Part shown: positions 40,000 to 53,360 of the stretch, one piece after another
Layout: the number at the start of each line of letters is the position of its first letter
How positions within the stretch are numbered: position 1 is the stretch's first letter
Source of the DNA: Octopus sinensis
Lineage: Eukaryota
Assembly (NCBI RefSeq): GCF_006345805.1
Contig: NC_043001.1
Location: forward strand, 2,418,001 to 2,482,000
Direction: 5' to 3'
Length of the DNA: 64,000 nucleotides
The notes under the pieces: model-generated
What the model was told of the DNA's origin: nothing
What the model saw: only the letters and a program-made list of their open reading frames with translations
Database searches by the model: none
Made by a program: the position numbers and the translations under genes

Positions 40000-40084
40000 A
40001 ACAACAAACAAGATGAGGACAAATATCGTCAAATGTAAATAATGTAAATAATGTACATAATTCCTTATCTCTTAAATATAGAAC

Positions 40085-42312
40085 TGTATCCTCCTTAGAA
40101 TCTTTGCTGTTCCTAACAAGGCAGTTTTCTGCAACAGCCCCCATTCTGATGGTAATTCCTAGCTTCTCAAACCCTGCATCCAGCCCTTTACTAACTGCTC
40201 CTAGTGCACAAACCACAATCAGTACCACTTCTAATTGTCTAATCCTCCTTATTTTCCTTATTTCCCTCTTCAGCTCCTGATATTTCTCAACTCTATCATC
40301 ACTTTCCTTCTTAGTCAAATGTGGTCCTACAGTGAATTAATATCCACAATAATTGCTCTATTCTTCTCCTTTCCTATGACAACAGGTATTCTAGCCATGA
40401 TAAGATGGTCACACTTGATGATCATGTCCCATAAGATCTTCTAGTGTTTGGTTTCAGCAACCCTTTCCAGTTTTGGTGTTCATACCATTTCACACGTCTG
40501 TTCATTTCATACATATAACAGAGTTTTCAGTAAACCAATCTGGCAGTGTTGTTATGCCTTCTCTTACACGTCTTTTGTGCAGGCATCTTACGTTCACTAA
40601 CGTTCCACCTTTCTCACCACACAACATGCAATTTGGGGAATTCACTGACATGATAATATTGAAATTCATTTCCAGTGCCTGTTCTTGGGCTTTGAAAATA
40701 ACAGCTTCAGTTTCAACTTTCAATTTACTTTTCCGAGTCCATTCCCAGATCTTACCTTTGTCAAGTGCTGCAGGCATTTCCTGCAAGAATCGACCATACA
40801 TACTTTTCCTTTCCATCTGTTTAAGGTGTTATCCTGTCTGTCGTGTTTCAGTTCTCTCTTTTCTTTCACTTCATCACTGCTCAAGACTTTAATTTTTCTT
40901 ACACCTGCCATCAGTCTCTCCTTTGAATATTTTGCATTCCAAGCCAGATTATTTTCCACAGATTTTGTACACAATTCACATCTAATGTCACAATAGACAC
41001 AACCTGTTCACCTCACTTTTGGGGTGTAGGGCCCCTCGTAGTGTCAACATGTTTCTGGTTTTCTATCAGGCTCCTTAAGCTCATCACTTCTCCACTCCAT
41101 CACACCGGTGCTGGGCCTTGGAGGTGCAATAAAATCAACTTCAGTCTCTGTTTGTATTCCTTTGATAATAATTCTTTCATTTCCTTCTCTTGAATTTGGT
41201 CTGTTTCCAGGATGCCTAATTACTTAGATCGTTGTTGTCAATTTCCTCCATAACTTCCCCATCCAGTAATATAATTCCTTCCATCATATCAATATTACTG
41301 CACTTCAGTTGTAGTACTCCACACATTTTATGCCAAATTTTATCCTGAATGTATGAACTGTCTGTACAAGGGAATCATTTTGTTCATAGTACTTCCCAAA
41401 CAGTTTTAGGTCATCCATGAATAGCTGTTGGTTTATCTTAAACGCACATCCTCCCAGCCTTTGTCCTTCTCAACATTAATGAAAGTGCAACCATACACAA
41501 TACAAACGACAAAGTCGAGAAGACTCTTTCTTTGGAATATTCCTCAATGTCCACAACTCTCAATGTCTGTCTACTGTATATGATGTCAACTCAGTCTTCC
41601 AGCCATCCATATTGATCACCAGAAACTGTCCAACATTAGCTGCAAATACCAAGCATTTCAAAACATTCCACTAACCAATTATGTGGCACTGTGTCATAGA
41701 CTTTGCAGTAATCAATCCAGGTCATGGCATGAATTTTGTGCCTCCTTTTACAATCTTTAAGGATTATCTTATCAATCAGCAATCGATCTTTAGTCCTTCT
41801 CCTTAATCCCTTTTGCTCTTCAGGTAGTGTCTTCTCCAGATATTCGTACATCTCTTCAGCAATGACACCTGTCGTAAGCTTCCACATTAGTGGAAAGCAA
41901 AGGAAAGGTCAAAAGTCTTCAACTGCATTTCCTTTACTGGATTCCTTCAAACACAAAATCGTTCTCCCAAACGTTAACCATTCTGCCAATCTCTCTTCTC
42001 TATTCAAAATATTATTCAGTTGTTCAGCAATTCTCCCACGAAGGGCCCTTGATATTTTTTTTTTTTTTGCCAATCAGAATCCTTGCACTGTGTCTTTGCC
42101 AGGAGTCTTCTAATTTGGCATCTTCCTACATTGGATAATTACCATATCAGATATTATCTCTAAATCCTCTTGGTGATTATTGGGAATAACCACCAGAAAG
42201 TGTTATGTCCTTTTCAATGTCACTCAACCGCTCCACACATCTAGTCTGCTCTTTTCCTACACTCCAAGACTTTTTACTTTAATTCACATCAGGGATTACA
42301 TCAGCACTCCAA
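40085..42312 (-). mobile_element. R4/Dong-clade LINE, 2.2-kb fragment (RT, CCHC, RLE), pseudogenised
   Basis: [26 protein letters not shown]...[24 protein letters not shown] (about 41410-41430), WEWTRKSKLKVETEAVIFKAQEQAL, CMLCGEKG, EKYQELKREI, LQKTALLGTAKILR. Confidence 0.9.
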
Positions 42313-43329
42313 ACCCTTCTTCTTCTTCTTCTTCTTCTTCTTCCTCCTCCTCCTCTTTCTTCTTCTCTATCATCATCATCGTTGTCATCATCATCATCAT
42401 CATTATCATCATCATCATCACCACCACGACTACTATCAGCACTACCACCACCACCACCACCACCACCACCATCATCATTGTTATTTTGTTAAAATGGGAT
42501 TCCACCCTACTTGCATTTGTTTTGTTGTTTCATTATAATTTTTTTCCTTTCAATTCAGTTTTCTTCCTCCAATCAATTCTTTTATTAAGATTTCTGCACA
42601 AATTTCCATTTTATTAAGGTTTAATTTTTATTTTTTTTCCTAAATCTCCCTCACCTGCCTCCCTTAAATCTAATTAGACAGTGTAATGTCCCTATTTAAG
42701 GTTTGATGGCTCCAACTAAATGAAGCAGACATTTGTCACTTTCGCAGAGAAGAAGGGAACTTTTCACTTCATAATGAGTGTCGTAGTTTCAAGAACCATC
42801 GAATTAAATCATAAAAGGAAACAAATAAACATTTAATTAACTTCCCCTAACAGAATTGTCCCTTACCATAAAAATGGTCAGCTAGAAGAACCCTCTTAGT
42901 GAAAGGCAGGCTAACAAAGAAAACTCTCCCCTTGTGACAAGAAGTAAACCATCGATTTTTTTACGAAGAATTCTTCAGCAAGAAATGGAAAAAGTGTGGT
43001 CATCAGCATTGATTTAAAATCTACTTTTCCATGCTTGCATGGGTTGAACGGAATTTATTGAGGCAGATTTTCTGTGTCTGGATGCCCTCCCTGCTACCAA
43101 CTCTCACCTGTATCCAAACCAGCTTCAGTGGTCCTCATGACCAAAACATATTTCCATAGAACTCTGGAAGTGAAGCAGACCCTGTTTCTTGTTTACAGCT
43201 ATTATGTGATGTTGAAACAGGGAGACATGACTATCGACACACACATACGACTATGTGCACACACACGACTCGACACACACACACACACACACTCTCTCTC
43301 ATGCACACACACATATACAAAAAGCATCA

Positions 43330-43630
43330 TTTGAGCATGGTCATTGCCAATGCTGCGTGATTAGCTCCCATGCCTGTGGCATGTAAAAAGAACCATTCAA
43401 GCATGGTTGATGCCAGAACCGCCTGACTGGCCCTCATGCCAGTGGCATGTAAAAAGCACCCACTACACTCTCAGAGTTGTTGGTGTTAGGAAGGGCATCC
43501 AGCTGTAGAAACTTTTCCACATCAGATTGGTGCCTGGTGCAGCCTTCTGGTTTGCCAGCCCCTGTCAAACCATCCAACCCATGCCAGCATGGAAAGCGGA
43601 TGTTAAACGACGACAATGACGATGATGATG
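43330..43630 (+). mobile_element. RTE 3'UTR-derived element
   Basis: Conserved block plus tail; an opposite-orientation partial copy at about 43010-43130. Confidence 0.8.
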
Positions 43631-44029
43631 GGCTGTGAATGATATCAGTGGTGTTTGTTGTTGATGGCATGGAAAAGCACAAAAGCATGCATTTTACGAT
43701 CCAATGAGGCTATTCACAACCTGACATGCATTTTCACGCATGTTGCTTAGCAGAGGAATTTCCTCTTGAGACTCTTTCAGCAGTGGATGATGGACTTTGT
43801 GTGTTTGAATTTACTCGGACATTTAGTGTGACTTTACCTGCATATATTTAGTCAACGCTGTTGCATGCATACATACACACATATATAATATGTGTGTGCA
43901 TGTGTGTATGCGTGAGTGAGTATGTGTTTGTGCATGCATGTGTGTGTATGTGTGTGTGTGTGTGTGTAAGTAAGTGAAGGCAGGACGAAACTTTGCAGAG
44001 TCATGATAAGAATTTATGACACTTCTATC

Positions 44030-44165
44030 ATTTAGAAATGGTGTTCTTGCATTTTACCTTATTCAATATGTTTTCGATATTTTTGTAGAGTAGAATGAAT
44101 GTGATTTGAGGGAGTTTAGGCAGCGATTTCTAGCAGCTTACATGATCTTTACTGACTCAAATGTC
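44030..44165 (+). repeat. Unclassified interspersed repeat
   Basis: Shared motif gtgtgatttgaggga...gc(t/g)atttctagca also at about 7940-7990, 32650-32710 and 36985-37030. Confidence 0.55.
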
Positions 44166-45206
44166 TCCATGATGTATCTTTTGGTAATTATTGGAACTGA
44201 TTTCCCTTGTAAATGATTTACTTATAAACGATGTGAAAATAATGATATTTTGTGTAATTAATCAGTTTTGGTAACAGGAAATAAATGAAAAAAAAATAAT
44301 AATAATAAAAACTGAAAGCAGAAGAAAAAAATGAATTTTCAAAAACGGTGAGAAAATGAAATGAGAAAATCTGTGTGAGAGCTTTTAGGAGAAAAATAAA
44401 CTGAAAGAATTCTTCTTTGCAGGTTTGCCATTAAAGCATAAGTGTTTTGTTGAAAGAATTGTCATCTCAATTTATTTGTTGGTTCTTTGTGTAAATGTGA
44501 AAGTGCCACACATTTGCTTTCCTTATGCAGCGCCAGGACCAAATTTGACACTTTCTCAGATAACTAGGTAAAAATTGTTTTCCTCACTTCTTAAATGAAT
44601 GCTGTATTCAAATCATATTACTTTCATGAAGACTTCGCCTAAAGAACAATGTTTATTTTGCAATGAATAAGGTTTCAAGAAGCATTAGCAATTTAATTCT
44701 TGTGTGAGTGCTCTTTCACAAATAGAACTTCGATCTGAACCGACATTTAAATGTAGAAAATGACTGGGATTTATTTGAAGAATTTAAAGAAATTTGTAAT
44801 AAGGCAGAAAATACTGTTGAGGATGTGTTCCAAAATATTATTAAAAATAGGAAAATAGTAGAAATCTTTAGTAAAGAAAAGAGGGAAAAAAATGACTGAA
44901 TTGGAAACAAAAGAGAAATTCTAGCTGCAAAGAAAGCAAAATGGACTGTGCCAAAATATACCATTAGTGAGCAGCTTAGCCATATATAGCTCTCAGTTCC
45001 AGACCTTTCATGGTTGATTTAGCTTTCAATTCTTCAGGGAAGAAAGCAAAAATAAAGCTGACTTGAAGGGACCAAATGCTGAAAATTAATGAGACTGGTG
45101 TGTGGTTTGCTAATAAATTTTTGCTGGCAAAACCACACACGAACCTCATTAATTGTATGAAAATAAAAACACAAAATCACCTCTAATTTGCACATATTTC
45201 CTTCAG

Positions 45207-45421
45207 TTAAACAAATTGGTGTTATATAAAAACAAGATCAACATCATCATCAGCGTCGACATCAGCAACTGGCGTGGTAATATGTCTACTTTGATGTGAT
45301 ACCAACTGGAAGAATTCATTTCCTACAAGACAACAAAGAAATGGCAGAAAGCAGCAGCATGAGATTATGGAAATAAACAAGCAGTGGAATGAAACATTGA
45401 ATGACATTGTGCGTCAATCAG
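45207..45421 (+). other. Candidate spliced exon (non-coding, 5'UTR plus start, or pseudo-exon)
   Basis: Branch-like CTAAT (45183), pyrimidine tract, CAG acceptor at 45206 and donor CAG|GTGAGA at 45421/45422; all frames contain stops, only the 3' end is open (MEINKQWNETLNDIVRQS from ATG 45367). Confidence 0.3.
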
Positions 45422-46172
45422 GTGAGAAGTACATGGAGTAATAAATATATTGGGAACCATTCAATGCTGTAAATTTTTGCAAAGAAGTCAGGCTTCAGTA
45501 TTCATTAAGGTTCTCTTATTCCATTGGTGCTTCTTCTCCCTGCAGCAGCAGCAGCAGCAGCAGTAGCAGCAGCAATGAAGATAATGAGGCAGATTATACG
45601 TAGCCATTCAGCTTGCAAGAAATAGCAGTCAGATCTTTCTCATATCACACCATATTATGTTCAAATAGTGAAAGGCACATTAAATAATACACTACATCTA
45701 AAAACATGACAGGATGGTCATATTTGGTTTGTCTTTCACCAGAGGAGACTTGTTCAATAAGTTTCCAGTGGGTGGGCGGAATCTAAACAGCAAAAACAAT
45801 GACAACAACAACAAGAACAGCAACAAAACTGGCCCCCAGACATGCTGTGTCCCCTCTCTCTGTTTTCTCCTCTGTTACTTCTGTCTTATGCACTCCACAC
45901 GACCATTTGGTTTTTGTATCAGCTCCACCCAGGCCCACACCACCCATTCATCAGATATATTGCGTCAACCACCCCTTCCACACCCTTTACTGAACATCTC
46001 TACCCAATCCTTCCTTCCAAGTATGTTAACTCTGCTGAATTGCTTCACAACATTCTCATCAGAACCAGAGGCCCTGTGGGAGGGAGCAAGGGGTCGAGCA
46101 ATCCTTTCCTCCAGACTAAAACCATGTATATCTATATACATAGCTATCAATCTATATATATAATTATATATA

Positions 46173-46231
<59 letters not shown>

Positions 46232-46373
46232 ACATATATATAAGCATCTCTCCTTTTCTTTCTCTCTTTCTCTCTCTCCATCACTCCCACTCTCTCTCTC
46301 TATATATATATTTGTATGTATATATATGTGTTTTATCTTGGCTACCGAATAATTGTCACATATTACTTTTACA

Positions 46374-46411
<38 letters not shown>

Positions 46412-46419
46412 TATACATG

Positions 46420-46432
<13 letters not shown>

Positions 46433-46472
<40 letters not shown>

Positions 46473-46603
46473 TCACATATATACATATATATATAAATAT
46501 ATATACACATATACCTATGCAAATATATATGCAGGTATGTTGATACAAAAAAGAAAAATGGAACCTAGAGTCATTCTGTTACTTCTGTTAAATATTAATA
46601 TGT

Positions 46604-46643
<40 letters not shown>

Positions 46644-46774
46644 TCACATATATACATATATATATAAATATATATACACATATACCTATGCAAATATATA
46701 TGCAGGTATGTTGATACAAAAAAGAAAAATGGAACCTAGAGTCATTCTGTTACTTCTGTTAAATATTAATATGT
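46433..46774. repeat. Direct tandem duplication, 2 x 171 bp
   Basis: 46433-46603 and 46604-46774 appear identical, including the microsatellite part. Confidence 0.9.
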
Positions 46775-48831
46775 ATACACACACACATATGTGTGGTGTG
46801 TGTGTGCGTGTGTGCAAACAGAGAGATTGATGTGTATGTATGCACAGTAACAGTTTAGAATGTGGCCCAAGATGTTTGCAGAGGCTCTGTGGTTTGTGAG
46901 CTGCGGACTGTTCATGTCTCTCTTGAAGAGATTCAAGAGAAATTCGAGCACTGAGAGAATTCCAAACGGAATCGGTTTTTCTGGGAAAAGAACCAAGTGA
47001 AATGGCAGCTGGAACAGGTGGTGAGGGGACGATGGCAGCAGGGGTCGTGGTGGATACTAATGGCTGATGAAAGAGGGAGAGGCAATGGAAATAACTGCCA
47101 GGTCACCTTTCAAAAATAATCTGCTGTAATCTACCATCATTATTCTGAGTAGAGTTTCGTCAACTTTGCTGAGACAGAAGAATATAAGTGCTGGCTTTAA
47201 GAGACCCTGTGTCACATTATGGCATTTATCGTATTTAACTGTGTAGTCCTGCACTTTAACAATTTATCCAGGGCACGTCTAGTGAATGTAGTGTGTGATT
47301 TGTGATGCTGAATATTTTAAATCTTCTCTGCAGTTTGGTTATTTTTACATTCATTGATTTCTTTTCTTTCCCTTTTCTCTGTAAAGAATGCTGTATTCTT
47401 TTCGTTTGACTCTTTGCTATAAATACTTATGTCTAGGTTAAGCTGTTATTTAGGCTTTAGCTGAAATGGAACCGCTCTGTTGCTACAATAAAATATGTTT
47501 GGTTCTTTTATGTGTAGCATGACTTAAAGAACAGCAATAGAATCATAATAGCCAAATGAAGTATCCACAATATGTTTTTCTGTGTTGGTTGTTGTTTAAC
47601 CTCAACTTAACTCCTTAGCATTCAGATTGCTCTGTCAAATGCGATTCTTATTTATTCTCATTGTTTACAATTAATCATCCATTATCTTTTTGCTTTGAGA
47701 TTTCGGTGATGTGACTGCTTATTGTGGAGAAGGTGTGAGAGGACAGATCTAATCAGTTTGAATATACAAAGTATAGGCCTACAGGCTGACTTACGACCAG
47801 TCAGTCGGAATCAATTGTGGTCAACGATATGCATGTATATCTTTGTGTGTATGTGTGTGTGTGTGTGGCTTTGAGTCTGTGTTTGTCCCCCACCAGTACT
47901 TGACATGGTGCTGGTGTGTTTATATCCCAGTAACTTAGTAGTTTGGCAAATGAGAGTGATAGAATAAGTTCCAGGCTTTAAAAGAAAGAAACGTACTGGT
48001 GTTGATTTGTTTGACACAAAATTTTTCAAGTCAGTTCTTTCAATAGAAATATGGTAACAAAAGGGTTATTGTGATCTTCCATCAAAATTTTGTGTTGATT
48101 TATGTTCCAAGCACCAGCTTAATAGCCACAAACTGGTTTTACTGATTTCATCATTATGCTGAAACAAAAGCAAAACAAAGGCTGTACATTCTAACAGAAA
48201 TACAGTAACAAAAGGGTTAATTTAGTCACCTATTATATATACAGCATTCATTTTATCCAACATAATTTTTACCTTATTTTATTGCAGGTGAGGAACTGAA
48301 AAAAAAAAAAAAAAACAGAAATTGGTGCTAGACGTCTGACCTTAGTGAAAATAGATTGTATTTACTGATTTATGGTTGTGACAAACAGTTAAGAGACATA
48401 TTCAGTGATAATGTAGGATAATAGCCGTGAGATGGCTTTTTTTTTTCGTTTTTTATATGGAAATATATAACATAACATCTGAAGGATTAAGAAAATAGCT
48501 AGAGTGATCAGAGGTTGAGAGTTAATAGCCTGTTACCGGCCTTGTGTCATCTTCAGACATAATGTTAATCAATGCATTATATGCGTCGACACCAACTTAG
48601 CTCCAATACTAACATTGAATATACATATACATATACACATATGTACATACATACATATATATATAAGTATATACATATATATGCATATATATATATGTCT
48701 GTGTGCGTATATATACATACATATATATATAAATATATTCATACACACATATACAATATATATATACATATATATAATATATATATGTATATGTATATCT
48801 GTATCTATCTATCTATTATCTATCTACCTAT

Positions 48832-48876
<45 letters not shown>

Positions 48877-48948
48877 TGCACACATATATATATATACATA
48901 TACATACATATATATATATATGTATGTATATATATATATAGATATATG

Positions 48949-48993
<45 letters not shown>

Positions 48994-49053
48994 TCATCAT
49001 CATCATCGTTAAATGACGATGATGATGATGATGATATATATACACCCACACAC

Positions 49054-49099
<46 letters not shown>

Positions 49100-50006
49100 G
49101 TATATATATATATATATATAAATGTATATTTATATGTATATATATATGTACATATATATATGCATACATACATATACGTATACAACAAAAGTGGATATAT
49201 ATATACATATATACATATGTATATGCAATGCTACATACATCTGAATATGTATGTATGTTTATATGCATATAAGTGTATGTGTATATATATGACATACATA
49301 TAAGCATATAAAGCACACACATGGTGTCAAAATTCTCAGAGTTGTTAATGTGTCAAAAGATGATAATAGATGGTTGGCGCACAAAGTTCAAATTGAACCA
49401 AGGTGAACTTAACCATTCATTGTTTCACGTTTAATAAATCAAATACCATCCACGGCAGCTGTAGGCATTCTGGGTTCAAATCTCATCTCCTGTCACTAGG
49501 AGAAAAGGCTTTTTCAGGGTTTGGTAAATGTGCTACGTGAGTTGGGAGGTGCTTAATGTTGGGACCGAGTGTTTTGTCTGATAAATCTTTGTAGCATTGC
49601 ACCAGGGTGGCATTTTATCCACATTTAGGTGTTCTACATACACACACTGATACATATACATGCATACACACACACACACACACACACCATACTTATCATC
49701 ATCATCGTCGTTTAACGTCCGTTCTCCATGCTAGCATGGGTTGGACGGTTATATTATATATATATATATATACATAGGAACATACACACATATATACAAA
49801 CACACACACACACACTTACATATACATACATAAAAACATACACACATGCACATATACATATATATATATATATACACATACAAACCTGCCCATGAAAATA
49901 CATACAAGCATGCATACACATTCAATGACCTTTGTACACTTTCCTCCTTCAACCATATTGCCTCAGAAGGCATTGGTCAGCCAAGTTCTATGTGAATGTT
50001 TGTGCT

Positions 50007-50040
<34 letters not shown>

Positions 50041-50414
50041 CTTAATGTCTGGTTTCCATGCTGACATGGGTTTGATGGTTTGACAGGAGATGACAAGGCT
50101 GGAGGGCCAGGCTCCAGGCGTCTGTTTTGGCTTGGTTTCTACTGCTCGATGCCATGCCAAATGCCAACCATTTAACAGACCCAACTGAGTGCTGTTTATG
50201 TGGTACCAGCACATGTGTACCCCCCACACACACATATAGATACATACATACACACCACACACACATATATACATACATATACATACATACACACATACAT
50301 ACCTATATATAACTAACTGGTACTCCGTCACTTATGAAGGTTCCATTTCAATGGAACAGCTTGCCTTTGAGACTGATGTGCAAGTGGCTGAGCACTCCCA
50401 GTTGCCATGCTTGA

Positions 50415-50600
50415 TCGCTAAATCCACAAGTATTTTTATTCTCTCTCTGATTATTTTCTTGTGTTCCTTTCTGTTGAAGAGCATAGGCTCGAAATATAAA
50501 AGACTTTCTCACTTTCCCAAGCATCAAACTAATACATCTGCTTGTTGTTTATACATGTGTCTTCGTCTTTAGTTTTTCTGTAAATTTCAACTATATATAT
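50415..50600 (+). mobile_element. Short repeat family D with hammerhead-like motif at 50467-50502
   Basis: cttt-CTGTTGA-a-gagc atag gctc-GAAA-TA-TA-aaag. Confidence 0.7.
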
Positions 50601-50694
50601 TATAAATACATACATACATACATGCATACATACATGCATACATACATTACATACATACATACATACATACATTTATATATATATATATAGTGTA

Positions 50695-51365
50695 AGCTTT
50701 GGACACATAAGGGATGCAGCAACATCAAAGGAAGGTTTACTAGGAAGATAGCTTTTGCATGCAGCAGATGCACAGGGGCAATAAGCACCACAGATGCTCA
50801 GAAAACCGATTCTATCACATGCCAGGGGACGAAACTATAAGTAGTTGATAGTTTCCGCTAGCTAGGTGACTAAGTCTGTAGTGGGGGTGGATGCTCAGAG
50901 AGTGTTACCACTAGAATACGAATAGCCTGGGCAAAGTTCAGACGGCTTCTAACTCTACTGGTGACAAAGGGCCTCTTGCTCAGAGTGAAAAGTAGATTGT
51001 ACGACGCATGTTTGGGAACAGCCATGCTACACAGCAGTGAAACATGGGCCATGACTGATGAAGATGTGCGTAAGCTTGAAAGAAATGAAGTTAGTATGCT
51101 CCTCTGGATATGTAATGTCAGTGTGCATACATGACAGAGAGTAAGTGCCCTGAGAGAAATGCTGGACATAAGAAGCATCAGATGTGGTGTGCAAGAGAGA
51201 CGACTGTGCTGGTAGGGTCATGTGCTGCGTATGGATGAGGAAAGTTGTGTGAAGTGTCACTTCTTAATGGTGGAAGGAACCTGTGGAAGAGGGAGACCTT
51301 TGAACGTTGGGCAACACAGAGGCAATGATGCAAGACCAAGAACTCTGGGGATATGCTGTGATTGA
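50695..51365 (+). mobile_element. RTE LINE 3' fragment (end of PHD-type finger, RT C-terminus), decayed
   Basis: LWTHKGCSNIKG...KIAFACSRCTG...GGGCSESVTTRIRIAWAKF...; homologous to 13345-14100. Confidence 0.85.
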
Positions 51366-51374
51366 CCTTAGAAG

Positions 51375-52800
51375 TTTCTGCCTCAACAGATGTTTAAGAG
51401 GTAGACCCCCTACAATTATTTCTGTAGCTAGGAAAACCCCTATAGAGAGATGGAGCAGATGGACCAGAGCCATACAGATCCCTGAAAACTAATATCAAGT
51501 AAAGAAAATGATCGTACATACACTAGAGTTACCCTAAAAGGCTTCACATTTAAGTTTAGCAACAAAATATATGCCCAGGATTAGGGGGCAGCCATCAGGA
51601 TTAGTATCACCAGTGATGTGGCCAACCTTTTCAAGGTATGGTGGGACAGAAGGCTTAAGGAACGCCTGACACAGAACTCCATACTCGTGAACATGTACTC
51701 TCGCTATGTTGATGATATCAACATAGTGGTAAAGGCACCCCCACAAGACAGTACTCTTGAAATAGAAATAGAAACTAATAATATGGAGAGAATCCAGCAA
51801 ATAGCTAACTCCATCCACCAGAGTATTAAGGTCACGATAGACTACGCTACAAAACACCCTAAACATAGACTACCAGTATTAGACACAGAACTCCGGCTGG
51901 AAACTGAGAATAATAAAACCCGAATCCTTCATTCGTACTATGCCAAACCTATGGCCTCCAAATACCTGATCCACTGGAACTCAGCTATCACAGACAATGC
52001 CAAATTCAATATATTGATGGCAGACCTCATCAGAATAATGAGAAATGTGTCCTGCATGTACGACCCTACAGAGTTAAAAAGACACATACAATATTTTGTT
52101 CACCGCATGCAGTTCTTAGGATACAGCCATAGAGAAAGGATTAGAGTATACAAAGGAGCCATGAGGAAATTTGAAACTATCATACATAATGATAGGAATG
52201 GGATTTGTCCACTCTATAGGAGCAAGTTATGGAACACCACTGAAAGGACTAAGAAGAAAATAGGGAAGGCCAACTCTTGGTATGATAGCCACAAATACCA
52301 GAGTGTCATGTTCGTCGACACCAACCCTAGAAGCAAACTGGCGTACCATTTTAGAAGGGCCCTAGACAAACTTAAGCTAAGAATGAAGGTTGTAGAAAGG
52401 CCAGGCAACCCTATCAAATCCTTAATAGGTACAACCTACCTTTTTGGTAGAACCCCCTGTACTGATAGGAACTCTACTGTATGTAGGTTTAGTCCACACA
52501 CAAACTGTAAAGCTAGGAATGTAGTCTATGGTATAAGATGTACAGAATGACGGTGCAGTAACAAGACAACGACGTATATAGGGGAGACAGCATGGAGTAA
52601 AGGAGAGGGGATAAATGAGCATTGGAGGGAGCATAAGGTTCTGTACCAGCATGCTGAACAGGAACATGGGGGCTTACTCAACAACATAGAAGTTAAAACC
52701 TTGTGCAAACAGAACAGACGTAGTGCTTAGACATATTACGGAAGCTACACATATAATAGAAGATAAATCTAGCCTGAATAGGAAACTAGAATGGAACACT
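51375..52800 (+). mobile_element. Penelope-like element, RT plus GIY-YIG, 5'-truncated, few lesions
   Basis: FTFKFSNKIYAQD*GAAI...DVANLF, YSRYVDDINIV, LPVLDTELR, then CKARNVVYGIRCTE*RC...TTYIGET...EH...HAEQEH; longest ORF 51618-52550 (310 aa). Confidence 0.9.
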
Positions 52801-53360
52801 AGTACACCCCACCACAGACACACCACAAACTATGACAGAATAAGATCCCCATAAACTGATAATAAAACAATATACAGATAGATAAATGGAATTAAATAAC
52901 AATATACATTAACAAAATAAATTAAATTAAATTAATACAAAAGAAGAAAGAAAAGAAAAGGAAATGAATAGAATAAATAAAAGTAAATTAAACGAACGTG
53001 TATAAACAGGGGATACTGATAATGCAGGCACATTCCCCCCCCCCACACCACTTACTAAACATAGACACACATTCAGAGGGATATATGCATGCACATACAG
53101 ACACATATAATAGGAATACAAAATGGCAGATCGTTAATAAGGAAAGACACACAAAAAAGAAAGAAGAAAGCAAATGAGCACTGATGAGGTCACAGAAGTG
53201 TGATGAAAGAACACTCTGTAAGTATGTATCATATATATATATATGCATATATATATACACACACATATGTATAGTACATATAATATATACATTATATATA
53301 TTATGTATATATATAAGCGAAGTCGATATAGAAACCTCAATCCGACGACAGACACCCCTC

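Larger units (their letters stand above)
39640..40084. mobile_element. Composite: inverted hammerhead arm, tRNA-like head, (AAT)n, hammerhead arm
   Basis: 39640-39780 is the reverse complement of about 39903-40040; between them A-box TGGCATAGTGG (39803-39813) and B-box GTTTGATTCC (39848-39857). Confidence 0.8.

Noticed and set aside
44724-44990. Protein-like frame NFDLNRHLNVENDWDLFEEFKEICNK...
   Set aside because: It contains an internal stop, has a weak acceptor and no recognisable family, and A-rich sequence gives such frames by chance.
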